IMG/VR virus record: IMGVR_UViG_3300032246_002701
Coordinates: 1,512-65,511 of that record
Direction: 5' to 3' (one strand)
DNA from: a virus
Lineage: Duplodnaviria; Caudoviricetes
DNA: 64,000 nt
Under the pieces are notes generated by a model. That model made no database searches. It had not been told where the DNA came from and saw only the letters and a list, made by a program, of their open reading frames with translations. Shown piece by piece: positions 27,943 through 37,058 of this stretch (position 1 is its first letter; each line of letters begins with the position of its first letter). Both the position numbers and the translations under genes were made by a program.

Positions 27943-29167
27943 TATTAAACATATCTGCAATTTTTGTAGTAAAAGCAAAGAAGATGTAGAAAAACTGATT
28001 GTAGGAGAACATGTAGCAATCTGCAATGATTGTGTTGATCTTTGTGTTAGCATTCTTAAAGATGAAAAAATCAAAAACTTTCCTAGTGATAAGAAATTAC
28101 TTAATCCGGTATTGATTAAAGATTATCTAGATGAGTATGTAGTCGGGCAAGACGAAGCAAAAATCGCGCTCAGTGTGGCAGTAAGTCAACACTACAAACG
28201 TATTAACAATCCTAGCAAAGATATTGAATTAGAAAAAACCAATGTGCTCATGCTAGGGCCTACTGGGTGTGGTAAAACTATGATGGCCCGCAAAATTGCA
28301 GACTATCTGAAACTACCGTTTGCTATTTGCGATGCTACTGGAATTACAGAAGCAGGATATGTCGGTGATGATGTGGAAAGTATATTAGTTCGATTAATCA
28401 ACGAAGCGGACGGTGATATTGAAAAAGCCAGTAGGGGAATTGTGTACATCGACGAAATTGATAAAATTGCCCGCAAAGGTGAAAATGTCAGTCTTACCCG
28501 AGATGTTAGCGGAGAAGGAGTTCAACAAGGGCTTCTTAAAATGATCGAAGGAACTATAATGCGAGTTCCTATTTCTGGTAAGAGGAAGCATCCTACTTCT
28601 GATATGCAAGAGATCGATACCCGAGGGATATTGTTTATTTGCGGTGGTGCATTTGTGGGCATAGATAAAATTGTTCAGCAGAGAAAAAATGCCCGTTCTA
28701 TAGGGTTTGGTGCTAATATAACATCTGATATTGATTCCTCGTCATTTTATCAAGAAGTAACTACTAAAGATCTTATCAAGTTTGGTCTCATTCCGGAATT
28801 TATAGGAAGATTCGGGCTATGCATTAATGTTGAGGAACTATCAGTAGGTCAATTGGTTCAGGTTCTTAAAGATACAAAAAATAGTCTAATTAGACAGTAT
28901 AAATATCTTTTTGAATTAGACGGTATTGAATTAATTTTTGATCAAGAATCTTTAGAATCAATTGCTATTAAATCTAAAGAATTAAAAACAAATGCTCGTG
29001 GTCTAAAAAACATTATTGAAAAAACCCTGCTTCCCTATCAATTCGATGCGGTTAATCTAGTTGAACGGGGGTTGAGAACAATTCGGATAAGTAAAGGTAC
29101 CATCGAAGGCCACACTGCTGAGATGATTTTTGATAAGAAGAAAAATGAACAACAACAAATCAAATAA
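27929..29167 (+). CDS. clpX: ATP-dependent Clp protease ATP-binding subunit ClpX
   Basis: CNFC..ICNDC zinc domain, GPTGCGKT, GYVG pore loop, IDEIDK, RKH loop, IGF loop, ARGL. Confidence 0.95.
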   Translation: MSRTDIKHICNFCSKSKEDVEKLIVGEHVAICNDCVDLCVSILKDEKIKNFPSDKKLLNPVLIKDYLDEYVVGQDEAKIALSVAVSQHYKRINNPSKDIELEKTNVLMLGPTGCGKTMMARKIADYLKLPFAICDATGITEAGYVGDDVESILVRLINEADGDIEKASRGIVYIDEIDKIARKGENVSLTRDVSGEGVQQGLLKMIEGTIMRVPISGKRKHPTSDMQEIDTRGILFICGGAFVGIDKIVQQRKNARSIGFGANITSDIDSSSFYQEVTTKDLIKFGLIPEFIGRFGLCINVEELSVGQLVQVLKDTKNSLIRQYKYLFELDGIELIFDQESLESIAIKSKELKTNARGLKNIIEKTLLPYQFDAVNLVERGLRTIRISKGTIEGHTAEMIFDKKKNEQQQIK

Positions 29168-29390
29168 GGTCACACTTTTAGGCAATAAAGTAATTGTCGG
29201 TGATATGCCCATTAACACAGCCTTAAGAAAATTTAAACAGAAAGTAGATGATTCTGGAATTTTAGAAACTCTTCGAGAAAAGATGTTTTATGAAAAACCC
29301 ACTTCTGTAAGAAAGCGTAAAAAGGGTGCAGCCCGTGCCCGTTGGTTAAAAAAACTACGCGATCAAGAATTGCCCAAAAAAATGTACTAA
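29145..29390 (+). CDS. rpsU: Ribosomal protein bS21
   Basis: INTALRKFKQKV...GIL...YEKPTSVRKRKK.AA..R. Confidence 0.9.
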   Translation: MNNNKSNKVTLLGNKVIVGDMPINTALRKFKQKVDDSGILETLREKMFYEKPTSVRKRKKGAARARWLKKLRDQELPKKMY

Positions 29391-29397
29391 TTTTTAG

Positions 29398-29426
29398 TTG
29401 ACTAATTTTTAATTCAGATGTATAAT
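29398..29426 (+). promoter_or_regulatory. Sigma70-type promoter
   Basis: TTGACT-17 nt-TATAAT. Confidence 0.7.
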
Positions 29427-29476
29427 ATCTGAATGACAAATAAAGAAAAACTAAACAAAAAGCCGGAGTATAATGC

Positions 29477-30007
29477 ATGCCGCGTCATTGTATGATAGAT
29501 TTAGAGACTATGGCGGTTAGTCCCAATGCTGTAGTTCTCAGTCTTGGTGCAGTACACTTTGATCCTTATAGCAACGGATACAGTAAATCTCTCTATTTTA
29601 AAATTGATCTCGATGACCAAGATAAATTAGGTAGAGAAATTGATCCAAATACATTAGATTGGTGGGCTAGGCAAGATATTGAAATTATGGAAGAAGCATT
29701 CAGCCAAGAAGGTAGAATTTCACTGGTAGATGCTCTAGATCAATTTCACAAATTTGCATGGGGCTGCGATGCGTTTTGGAGCCACGGTGCTACGTTTGAT
29801 ATTGTAATTCTAGAAAACATCTATCGACAACTTAATAAATCACTGCCATGGAATTATTGGCAGATTCGTGATACGCGCACTCTTTTTGATATTGGATTTT
29901 CTCCCGATATGCCTAAAGAGAATAAACATGATGCGTTGCAGGATGCTATTCGACAGTCAGTGGGTGTTCAAAATGTGTATGCAAAACTTAATTTGCATAC
30001 ACAGTAA
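29477..30007 (+). CDS. DEDDh 3'-5' exonuclease (RNase AS / exodeoxyribonuclease VIII-like)
   Basis: MIDLET, GATFD, RDTRT, HDALQDA. Confidence 0.85.
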   Translation: MPRHCMIDLETMAVSPNAVVLSLGAVHFDPYSNGYSKSLYFKIDLDDQDKLGREIDPNTLDWWARQDIEIMEEAFSQEGRISLVDALDQFHKFAWGCDAFWSHGATFDIVILENIYRQLNKSLPWNYWQIRDTRTLFDIGFSPDMPKENKHDALQDAIRQSVGVQNVYAKLNLHTQ

Positions 30008-30433
30008 TCATTTGAACCAACCGATTTTTTCTCCTGAATCCGTTCTTCGTTGCCATTCATCTAAACTTCCAGGAAATCTCCAAGCCCAAAGCGAAACCAA
30101 AAACATTACGATTCCTGTGCCTGCAACTGCTTTCCAGTTGTAGGTAGTAAACCAGATGATTAATAATGAACAGTCCATTGTTAAAAACATAGCCCATTTT
30201 CCAACAGTAGGAAATACTCTCTTTTCTCCCCAGTTGCGTAAAAATGGTCCGAAAAGTTTATGATTCATGATCCAATTATGCATACGCTCGCTGCTACGAC
30301 TAAAACAGAATGCTGCAATCACAATGGGAGTACTCCAGGGTATCCCTGGAGTAATAACTCCTATATAGGCAATACCTAAAAATATTATCCCCAATGTGAA
30401 CCATATCGCTTTCTTAATTTTATTCATGATCAA
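30008..30433 (-). CDS. YbaN/DUF454 inner membrane protein
   Basis: IG..TPGIP.STP...AAFCFSRSS.R.H.W...H..FGP. Confidence 0.85.
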   Translation of the reverse strand: MIMNKIKKAIWFTLGIIFLGIAYIGVITPGIPWSTPIVIAAFCFSRSSERMHNWIMNHKLFGPFLRNWGEKRVFPTVGKWAMFLTMDCSLLIIWFTTYNWKAVAGTGIVMFLVSLWAWRFPGSLDEWQRRTDSGEKIGWFK

Positions 30434-30497
30434 ACATCCTTTTAAATATTTATTCGTTTGATTTTTTAGGCAAATTTTGTTAAAGTTAAACTGAGGT

Positions 30498-30797
30498 ATG
30501 AAAAAACTAGAAAATGAAAGTTACGAGTCCTGGGCAAAACGTGTTCGAATGTATGAGCACGGTTATGCTATGCAGCGTATTGCTCAAGGAGAAAACACAG
30601 ATAAGGTACTCGAAGATATGGCCAATCGGCTATTAGAAAAACTACTGCATCCGTTATACGGAGAAATAAAAGAAGCAACTGCTCAAAATTATGATGCGGA
30701 GCAGAGCAAAAAAGAATACACAGAAAAATATTTAAATCTGAGAGGGAATCCAGTTGCTGATCAAATTGACGGTGAAATATTTGACAAACCTGAATAA
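30498..30797 (+). CDS. Stand-alone glutamyl-tRNA reductase dimerisation-domain-like protein
   Basis: R..E...AMQRIAQGENTDKVLEDMANRLLEKLLHP resembles the HemA C-terminus (AL..L..G.D...VL..LA..LTNKLLH.P). Confidence 0.6.
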   Translation: MKKLENESYESWAKRVRMYEHGYAMQRIAQGENTDKVLEDMANRLLEKLLHPLYGEIKEATAQNYDAEQSKKEYTEKYLNLRGNPVADQIDGEIFDKPE

Positions 30798-30888
30798 ATT
30801 TTGTATAAATATATTTGTAGGACGCCGATAGGGTTCTACAATGGGCACGGTGCCCGAAATGATTCTTGCTTATTAAAGGAGAAAAACA
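30781..30888 (+). promoter_or_regulatory. Overlapping sigma70/late promoter and ROSE-like RNA thermometer leader
   Basis: TTGACA (30781)-17 nt-TATAAATA (30804); two hairpins, then TTGCT (30866-30870) facing SD AAGGAG (30876-30881). Confidence 0.6.
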
Positions 30889-31311
30889 ATGAATCAACTT
30901 GCACGTTTTGACACAACTTCATTAAACAAAGCACTTATTGGTTTTGATCGTATTTTCAACGATTTTGAAAATCGCTTTCAGCACTCAACAACCAATTATC
31001 CTCCCTACAATGTTATCAAACACGACGAAAATACTTTCGAAATCGAAGTAGCCGTTGCTGGTTTTGATCGAGAGGATATTACTGTTCAAGTGGATCAAGA
31101 TCAATTGATCATTAAAGGGAAAAAACCCAAAGAGGAAGATACCACGCAGTATCTGCATCGAGGTCTTGCTACTCGAGATTTTGAGCGTTCCTTTACTCTC
31201 GCTGAACACATTGTGGTAGGCGACGGCGAAATGATCAATGGTATTCTAAGAGTTAAACTGACTCGTGAGGTTCCGGAATCTCTAAAACCTCGTTTGATCA
31301 CTATCAAGTGA
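30889..31311 (+). CDS. Small heat shock protein (Hsp20, IbpA-like)
   Basis: IGFDR, YPPYN, AVAGF, YLHRGLA.R.F.R.F.LA, NGIL. Confidence 0.95.
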   Translation: MNQLARFDTTSLNKALIGFDRIFNDFENRFQHSTTNYPPYNVIKHDENTFEIEVAVAGFDREDITVQVDQDQLIIKGKKPKEEDTTQYLHRGLATRDFERSFTLAEHIVVGDGEMINGILRVKLTREVPESLKPRLITIK

Positions 31312-31324
31312 GTTAAATAACTCA

Positions 31325-31347
31325 GGGGGGAAAATACCCCCCCTTTT
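31325..31347 (+). terminator. Intrinsic terminator
   Basis: G6/C7 stem followed by TTTT. Confidence 0.6.
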
Positions 31348-31358
31348 AAAAATAAATT

Positions 31359-31664
31359 ATGACTATTGCTCCTACTCTAGAAAAACAAAATAACACAACA
31401 GATAAATTTAAAGATCCAGGAAAGTATAAAGTTATACTCTGTAACGACGATGTTACACCCGTAGATTTTGTAATTTCTCTTTTGATATCTATTTTTAGAC
31501 ATACAGAAACTTCTGCTGTAGACTTAACCTTAAAAGTTCATAACACAGGGAGTGCCGTAGCAGGGATATACTCTTATGAAATTGCAGAACAAAAAAGATC
31601 AGACGCGCTAAGTTTGGCTCGTAATCAAGGTTGGCCTTTGATAATTAAAATAGAATCAGAATGA
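31359..31664 (+). CDS. clpS: Clp protease adaptor ClpS
   Basis: YKVILCNDDVTPVDFV, VHNTG, EIAEQK, WPL. Confidence 0.92.
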   Translation: MTIAPTLEKQNNTTDKFKDPGKYKVILCNDDVTPVDFVISLLISIFRHTETSAVDLTLKVHNTGSAVAGIYSYEIAEQKRSDALSLARNQGWPLIIKIESE

Positions 31665-31672
31665 GGTAAGAA

Positions 31673-32227
31673 ATGAGCCTAAAAGAACTGACCGCTGAAA
31701 AACACAAATTAGCAGAGACCACTCCATTCATGAAGGCAGTGTTTGCAAGAACACTGCCCTTTGAACTATGGATAGATTGGACTTATCAAAAGGCCTTGTT
31801 CTACCATGTACTAGAAGGTATTGCAGGATCAAGGTTATTACTAACCGATCTTCCAGATATTCGTCGAGGTTATAAACTACAGCAAGACTATCAACAAATG
31901 CTCAATGGTGCACCGTTTACACATCTACATAAAAAGTCTGTATTGGACTATCACAGTTATTTGCTGTCATTGACCGAAACTAAAGATGTTATGGCTCACT
32001 TGTATACTTGGCACATGGGTGATTTGTATGGCGGGCAAATGATCAAGAAAATTGTTAACGCTCCGCACAGTAGTTTAGATTTCGCCGATCCTCTTACGCT
32101 TATGACCAATATGCGAGCCAAGTTGGATGACAGCATGGGAGCAGAAGCAAACAGAGCCTTTGATTGGGCTATACGCATGATGAGGGAATATGACAGCAGT
32201 TTGGAACAAGATACAGCAGTTGGCTGA
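31673..32227 (+). CDS. hemO: Heme oxygenase
   Basis: LKELTAEKHKLAE proximal His; AHLYTWHMGDLYGGQMI; EANRAF. Confidence 0.9.
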   Translation: MSLKELTAEKHKLAETTPFMKAVFARTLPFELWIDWTYQKALFYHVLEGIAGSRLLLTDLPDIRRGYKLQQDYQQMLNGAPFTHLHKKSVLDYHSYLLSLTETKDVMAHLYTWHMGDLYGGQMIKKIVNAPHSSLDFADPLTLMTNMRAKLDDSMGAEANRAFDWAIRMMREYDSSLEQDTAVG

Positions 32228-32858
32228 ACAGATAGAACTAAAGTTCGAGCAATCCGGCGAACAGTACTCAAGTACAGAACATAACTATAACTGGTATAAC
32301 AGTTTATACTCAAGCCCTCGATACCGCAGGGCTCATGTAGAGATTGTAGATAACAGGCAAACACACAAAATCTACATTCTGCACTCCACTGTATTTGCAC
32401 ATTTCAATGATCCTAGCCCAATTTGGGGCTTTGATGCGGTATGTGGCCCAAATAAAATCACAGGTGCGTTTCATGATTTTAGTGCTGCAGGAGACCCCGA
32501 TCACCCTATGATCAAGTGGTTTGCTGCCGAGTCTGCTCAGTTAGAATGGAACAAACCCAGAGAATTACCTGTTTGGGCTCGGCAAATATTCACTCCGCAC
32601 ATGATCGCTGCAGGCAATGTAAATGATGGTGCTGAATTAGATGCATTGTGCGACATGGCACTACGCAGCCTAGACTACTACTTGACCAACGTAGGTAATA
32701 CGCAGACCGCAGGTGCGGATTATCATATGGCACAAAACCGGTATTGTTATTATCAAAAACAGAATCCACATGTGATAAAAAGCATGGTTGCAATGGGCGT
32801 AGAAGAACCAACTATGAATCAGTTTGTCAACGAAATCTTATTCCCCGAAGTGGTATAA
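32190..32858 (+). CDS. pcyX: Ferredoxin-dependent bilin reductase, PcyX/PcyA-like
   Basis: YRRAHVE, ILHSTVF, PIWGFD, GAFHDFS, RELPVWA..IF, QNRYC..QKQNPH; adjacent to heme oxygenase. Confidence 0.8.
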   Translation: MTAVWNKIQQLAEQIELKFEQSGEQYSSTEHNYNWYNSLYSSPRYRRAHVEIVDNRQTHKIYILHSTVFAHFNDPSPIWGFDAVCGPNKITGAFHDFSAAGDPDHPMIKWFAAESAQLEWNKPRELPVWARQIFTPHMIAAGNVNDGAELDALCDMALRSLDYYLTNVGNTQTAGADYHMAQNRYCYYQKQNPHVIKSMVAMGVEEPTMNQFVNEILFPEVV

Positions 32859-32868
32859 ATATTCTATT

Positions 32869-34401
32869 ATGAGAGCACGAGAATTCTTATTAGAGAAACA
32901 CCTTTCAAAAAGAGATTTTTATGTTAAATCTCGATTGGAAGATCTAATTAATAGACTAGAAAACAACCTACCTTTTATCGATGAAAAAACCAAGAGACCA
33001 TTTAATTTTGGGGTGCCAGACAGCACTCCGGGAAACGAGATCTCTAATTTAATCGACGAATTAAAATCTCTTCTAAATTTATATACTGTATCCAAAAAGG
33101 GTAAAGAGGAAATTGAAGCAAGCCAGTTAGAAAAATTATTACCAGACACCCTACTAGGAAAAAAATGGTCCGAAATACACAAAGATTCTGGATTTGGTAG
33201 AAAAACTACAATAGGATCTGTGGTTGAAGGATTAGTAGCAATAGCCATATATACCAAATTTATTAATAGACAAGTAAAAAGTATCGACACCTCCGACGTC
33301 CTAGACACAATAGAAGAGCTTAAACAAGCAACACCGGTCGAAAATAAAGGAAGAAAATCTATAAGTATTTCGATTTCTCAACCTAATGTGGCAGACTTAG
33401 TTGGAGAATCTGCTGACAGTTTTGAGCTAACACTAGAACTAACACAGCTGACACTAGACAAAATATTAAACATGAATCCTGGTGATGCAGAATGGGGTCG
33501 ATTGTCTAGTGCAATTAATTATGTTAACACAGAATCTGATGTGAGAAAATATAACAAGTTCTTTTCAACTAATGGCGTAAGAGACCCGATTGATATTCGA
33601 GTAAAAGGTCTACAAGGGGCTAAAACAGATGTAGAAGTAACACGGAACGGCAAACCACTTAGGCATCTTAGTATGAGTGTTAAGGCTGGTAGTTCTAGGT
33701 ATGATCAGGCCAGTGGATCTACTGAAGAAGGTAATATTAAGTTTTTTGATATTCTAGGATTAACTGCCGAAGAAGCCGAAGCAGGGATGAAAGAAGTTGA
33801 TTTCTTAAAAGTTATACCTAAAGATTATTCACCAAAGGATCGAGCTTCTCTTGTAAATAGAAATTTTTACAGTGTTAAAAAATTATATTCGTATGCTGCT
33901 AATTTATTATCGACAAAATTAAGAGGAGACAACGACGCCTTAGAAACAATTTTTATTCAGAAGTTGTTTTCTAAATTAATAAATTCTATAACTGGAAAAA
34001 CAAAAATAATATATGTTGATTTTGATACAACGGGTACATATAATAAATTAAAGCCCGAACTAATTAAAAATCTTTCAGCACACATAAATCTAGATGTAAC
34101 AGGAAACGACAGCGGGAATATTTCTTTTTACGATAGAGATTCCGGTAGAACTTTATTTCATGCCAGAGTTACAAAACAACAGACTGGCAGAATTATTCAT
34201 GTATTTGAATTAGACAGTCTGCTAGATATGGTCAGAGAAGTTCAACAAAAAATAAACAAAGCTCCAGAAAAACCTGAGGAAAAAGAAGTTCCGCCAATCT
34301 CTCCGCAACAACCAGTACAGCAACTATCCCCCGGAGTTCAAAATCAGCAGGCCGCCTTAAATGTCAGTCAACAGCCCATGGGGCCTGAACCAAAACAATA
34401 A
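32869..34401 (+). CDS. Large hypothetical protein, possibly with a PD-(D/E)XK-like domain
   Basis: TATAAATA at 32854 then ATG 32869 (MRAREFLLE); KTDV...SMSVK segment. Confidence 0.55.
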   Translation: MRAREFLLEKHLSKRDFYVKSRLEDLINRLENNLPFIDEKTKRPFNFGVPDSTPGNEISNLIDELKSLLNLYTVSKKGKEEIEASQLEKLLPDTLLGKKWSEIHKDSGFGRKTTIGSVVEGLVAIAIYTKFINRQVKSIDTSDVLDTIEELKQATPVENKGRKSISISISQPNVADLVGESADSFELTLELTQLTLDKILNMNPGDAEWGRLSSAINYVNTESDVRKYNKFFSTNGVRDPIDIRVKGLQGAKTDVEVTRNGKPLRHLSMSVKAGSSRYDQASGSTEEGNIKFFDILGLTAEEAEAGMKEVDFLKVIPKDYSPKDRASLVNRNFYSVKKLYSYAANLLSTKLRGDNDALETIFIQKLFSKLINSITGKTKIIYVDFDTTGTYNKLKPELIKNLSAHINLDVTGNDSGNISFYDRDSGRTLFHARVTKQQTGRIIHVFELDSLLDMVREVQQKINKAPEKPEEKEVPPISPQQPVQQLSPGVQNQQAALNVSQQPMGPEPKQ

Positions 34402-34512
34402 ATACTGTTATAAAAACTTTCTATTTTTGTTGACCTATCGACAAACAATGCTATATAATATAGCGTGACTGAGAAATTATTCTCGGATATCTAAATATAA
34501 AAAGGAAATTAA

Positions 34513-35226
34513 ATGAAAAAACTATTTTTTACACTTTTAATGATGGCAGGTGTATCTTCTGCTCAGGCTCAATTTACCGCTAATGCCGGTCTAACAACAG
34601 ATTATCGATTCCGTGGTGTTAGTCAAACACAGAATGGACTAGCGATTCAGGGCGGAGTTGATTATGCTCATTCGAGCGGACTCTATGTCGGTAACTGGAA
34701 TAGTTCAGTCAGCAGCGAACTTTATAACCGCGGGGCTGGAATTGAAAGCGATCTTTATGCAGGTTTCAAAAAAGAAGTTACAAAAGGTGTTACTGTTGAT
34801 GTCGGCACAATGAATTATCTGTATTCCAAAGCATCTAATCCTGGTGGGCCGTCTTTTAATACCAACGAACTGTATGCAGGAGTTTCTTTTGGTCCAGTAA
34901 CCGGTAAAATCAGTTACGCACTCGGTGATTACTTTGGCATTGCCAATAGTAAAGGTACAATGTACTATCAAGGTGATGTAAACTATCCCTTAACGAACAA
35001 AATCGTAGGGAACTTTCATATCGGTCGCACTGATATTAAAAACAACGGCAGTCTTAATTACACCGACATCAAGATCGGTGCTACTTATGATTTAAATAGT
35101 TGGATGATTGGAGGACATTTTTATACCAATCAAAACAAGGGATCTAGTTTTGATGGATTTAATACTGTTTCCGGCGAGAAACTGTATAAAAATACATTTG
35201 TAGTCTCTGTCGCTAAGTCTTTTTGA
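34513..35226 (+). CDS. TorF-family putative outer-membrane porin
   Basis: Signal peptide, TTDYRFRGVSQT, AIQGGVDY, GLYVGNWNS, E.DLYAGF, C-terminal Phe; sigma70 promoter about 34430-34459. Confidence 0.88.
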   Translation: MKKLFFTLLMMAGVSSAQAQFTANAGLTTDYRFRGVSQTQNGLAIQGGVDYAHSSGLYVGNWNSSVSSELYNRGAGIESDLYAGFKKEVTKGVTVDVGTMNYLYSKASNPGGPSFNTNELYAGVSFGPVTGKISYALGDYFGIANSKGTMYYQGDVNYPLTNKIVGNFHIGRTDIKNNGSLNYTDIKIGATYDLNSWMIGGHFYTNQNKGSSFDGFNTVSGEKLYKNTFVVSVAKSF

Positions 35227-35237
35227 TTTTTAAAAGA

Positions 35238-35263
35238 TTAAAAGGCCCATATGGGCCTTTTAA
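35238..35263. terminator. Intrinsic terminator
   Basis: TTAAAAGGCCC-ATAT-GGGCCTTTTAA. Confidence 0.75.
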
Positions 35264-35309
35264 GAAATTCGTATAACATCAATCATCAATATCTTTAGAT
35301 ATATAATTC

Positions 35310-36161
35310 ATGAATCATTATTTAGATCATAATCGTCTAATTAAAATATCTAAATCGTATTCGACATACAAAAAAATCAAAGTAACCCCGTTAACTCCTG
35401 TGATCGGAGCAGAAATAGATAACATCGATCTGTCAATGAATATAAGCGATGAGCAATTTAATGAAATTACTCAAGCAATCACTGATCATCTGGTAATTTT
35501 CTTTCGAGATCAGCATCTAAATATAGATCAGCATAGAGAATTTTCTAGACGATTTGGAGAATTATATGTTCATCCCTTTTACAAAATGAAAGACCATCGA
35601 GATATTTTCCCGATTAAACCAAATGAGAATAAACTAACTGTCCCAGGGAGGATTTGGCATAGTGATGTTTCTGCTTCTGCACAGCCTCCGTCGATCTCAT
35701 TGCTTCTAATGTATGAATCACCCGAACTCGGAGGTGATACAGTTTTTTCTAGTACATATGCAGCATGGGAGACTTTATCTGAACCAATTCAAAAAATGCT
35801 TATTGGGTTAAGGGCATTGCATTCAACTCAAGGTGCTCACGAACCAGATAAAGATCAACCAGATTTTTCTTTTTCTCATCCCGTTGTTAGGACTCATCCT
35901 ATAACAAAAAAGAAATCTCTTTTTGTTAATAGACTTTTTACTACGTATATTGAAGGTTTGTCCCCTCCAGAAAGTGATGCAATTCTACAAATGTTATATC
36001 GACATATCGAACTTGATGATTTTAAGTGTAGATTTTCATGGAAGCCGGGGTCTTTGGCGATTTGGGACAATAGATGTACTCAACATTATGCTATTTGGGA
36101 TTATTATCCAAACAATCGATACGGGCATCGATTTACTGTATCTGGTGAAGTCCCAAATTGA
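35310..36161 (+). CDS. TauD/TfdA family 2-oxoglutarate/Fe(II) dioxygenase
   Basis: IGAEI, FFRDQ, WHSD, GGDT, HPVVRTHP, WDNRCTQHYA. Confidence 0.92.
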   Translation: MNHYLDHNRLIKISKSYSTYKKIKVTPLTPVIGAEIDNIDLSMNISDEQFNEITQAITDHLVIFFRDQHLNIDQHREFSRRFGELYVHPFYKMKDHRDIFPIKPNENKLTVPGRIWHSDVSASAQPPSISLLLMYESPELGGDTVFSSTYAAWETLSEPIQKMLIGLRALHSTQGAHEPDKDQPDFSFSHPVVRTHPITKKKSLFVNRLFTTYIEGLSPPESDAILQMLYRHIELDDFKCRFSWKPGSLAIWDNRCTQHYAIWDYYPNNRYGHRFTVSGEVPN

Positions 36162-36210
36162 TTTTATCATGCCTAAATAAAAAAACAGAACACACACATA
36201 AGGAGAGAAA

Positions 36211-36660
36211 ATGTCTGTTACAATTAAAAATCTTGAAAGTGCACTGGCCGGTGAAAGCCAGGCACATGTCAAATATCGTTATTTTGCCCGTATTGCTCGA
36301 GCAGAAGGATTTGAAGAAGTTGCTAAACATTTTGAGCATACCGCCGATCAAGAACTGCTACATGCATGGGGACATCTAGAACTGCTAGTTGGCAAGCCTT
36401 CAACTAAAGAATGCCTGCAAATGGCTATTGATGGCGAGACTTACGAGTTCACAGAAATGTATCCGCAGTTCCAGGCCATTGCCGAAACCGAAGGACTGCA
36501 TCATGCCGCACAAATTGCCAAGGAACAAATTCAAGAAAGCCAAGAACATGCTGCTCAGTTCATGGACGTTTTGAACAAAGCAGAAAAGCGTTTTTCAGCA
36601 CTCAAGAGAGTTGAAGAGCGTCATGCTAATGCATATAAACAAGTACTAGGAGGGCTATGA
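36211..36660 (+). CDS. Rubrerythrin
   Basis: AGESQA..KY, EG, QE..HA, GETYE..EMYP.F, ESQEHA, EERHA. Confidence 0.92.
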   Translation: MSVTIKNLESALAGESQAHVKYRYFARIARAEGFEEVAKHFEHTADQELLHAWGHLELLVGKPSTKECLQMAIDGETYEFTEMYPQFQAIAETEGLHHAAQIAKEQIQESQEHAAQFMDVLNKAEKRFSALKRVEERHANAYKQVLGGL

Positions 36661-36794
36661 TGAAACCGGAATATGTATGTGTTATTTGCGATCATGTCCA
36701 CGATGAAGAGACTGAAGGTAAATGGGAAGATCTACCCGATGACTTCATGTGCCCAGAATGCGGCGGAATGAAGATAGATTACGAACAACGATAA
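36657..36794 (+). CDS. Rubredoxin (not in ORF track)
   Basis: MMKPEYVCVICDHVHD...WEDLPDDFMCPECGG; two CxxC. Confidence 0.9.
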   Translation: MMKPEYVCVICDHVHDEETEGKWEDLPDDFMCPECGGMKIDYEQR

Positions 36795-36862
36795 TTATAA
36801 ATAGATTTGCATCAATTGTTAAAATTTTGTTAAATAATTAATATTAAAAGGAGATCTCAATC

Positions 36863-36991
36863 ATGAAAAAATTAATTCTAGTATTAGCATCATTAGTTAC
36901 CGCGTTTGCAATCACAGCTTGTGGCAAGTCCAGCGATGATTTTTGCAGCAAGCCTGAAAACAAAAGCACAGGTTCTTGCATCGGAGGTTAA
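36863..36991 (+). CDS. Small lipoprotein (42 aa)
   Basis: AAGGAG RBS; MKKLILVLASLVTAFAITAC lipobox; terminator at 37002-37028. Confidence 0.7.
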   Translation: MKKLILVLASLVTAFAITACGKSSDDFCSKPENKSTGSCIGG

Positions 36992-37058
36992 TTAATAGTA
37001 TAAAAAAGCCCCTTTTGGGGCTTTTTTTATATAAATACCAATGTAATAAACTAAAATA

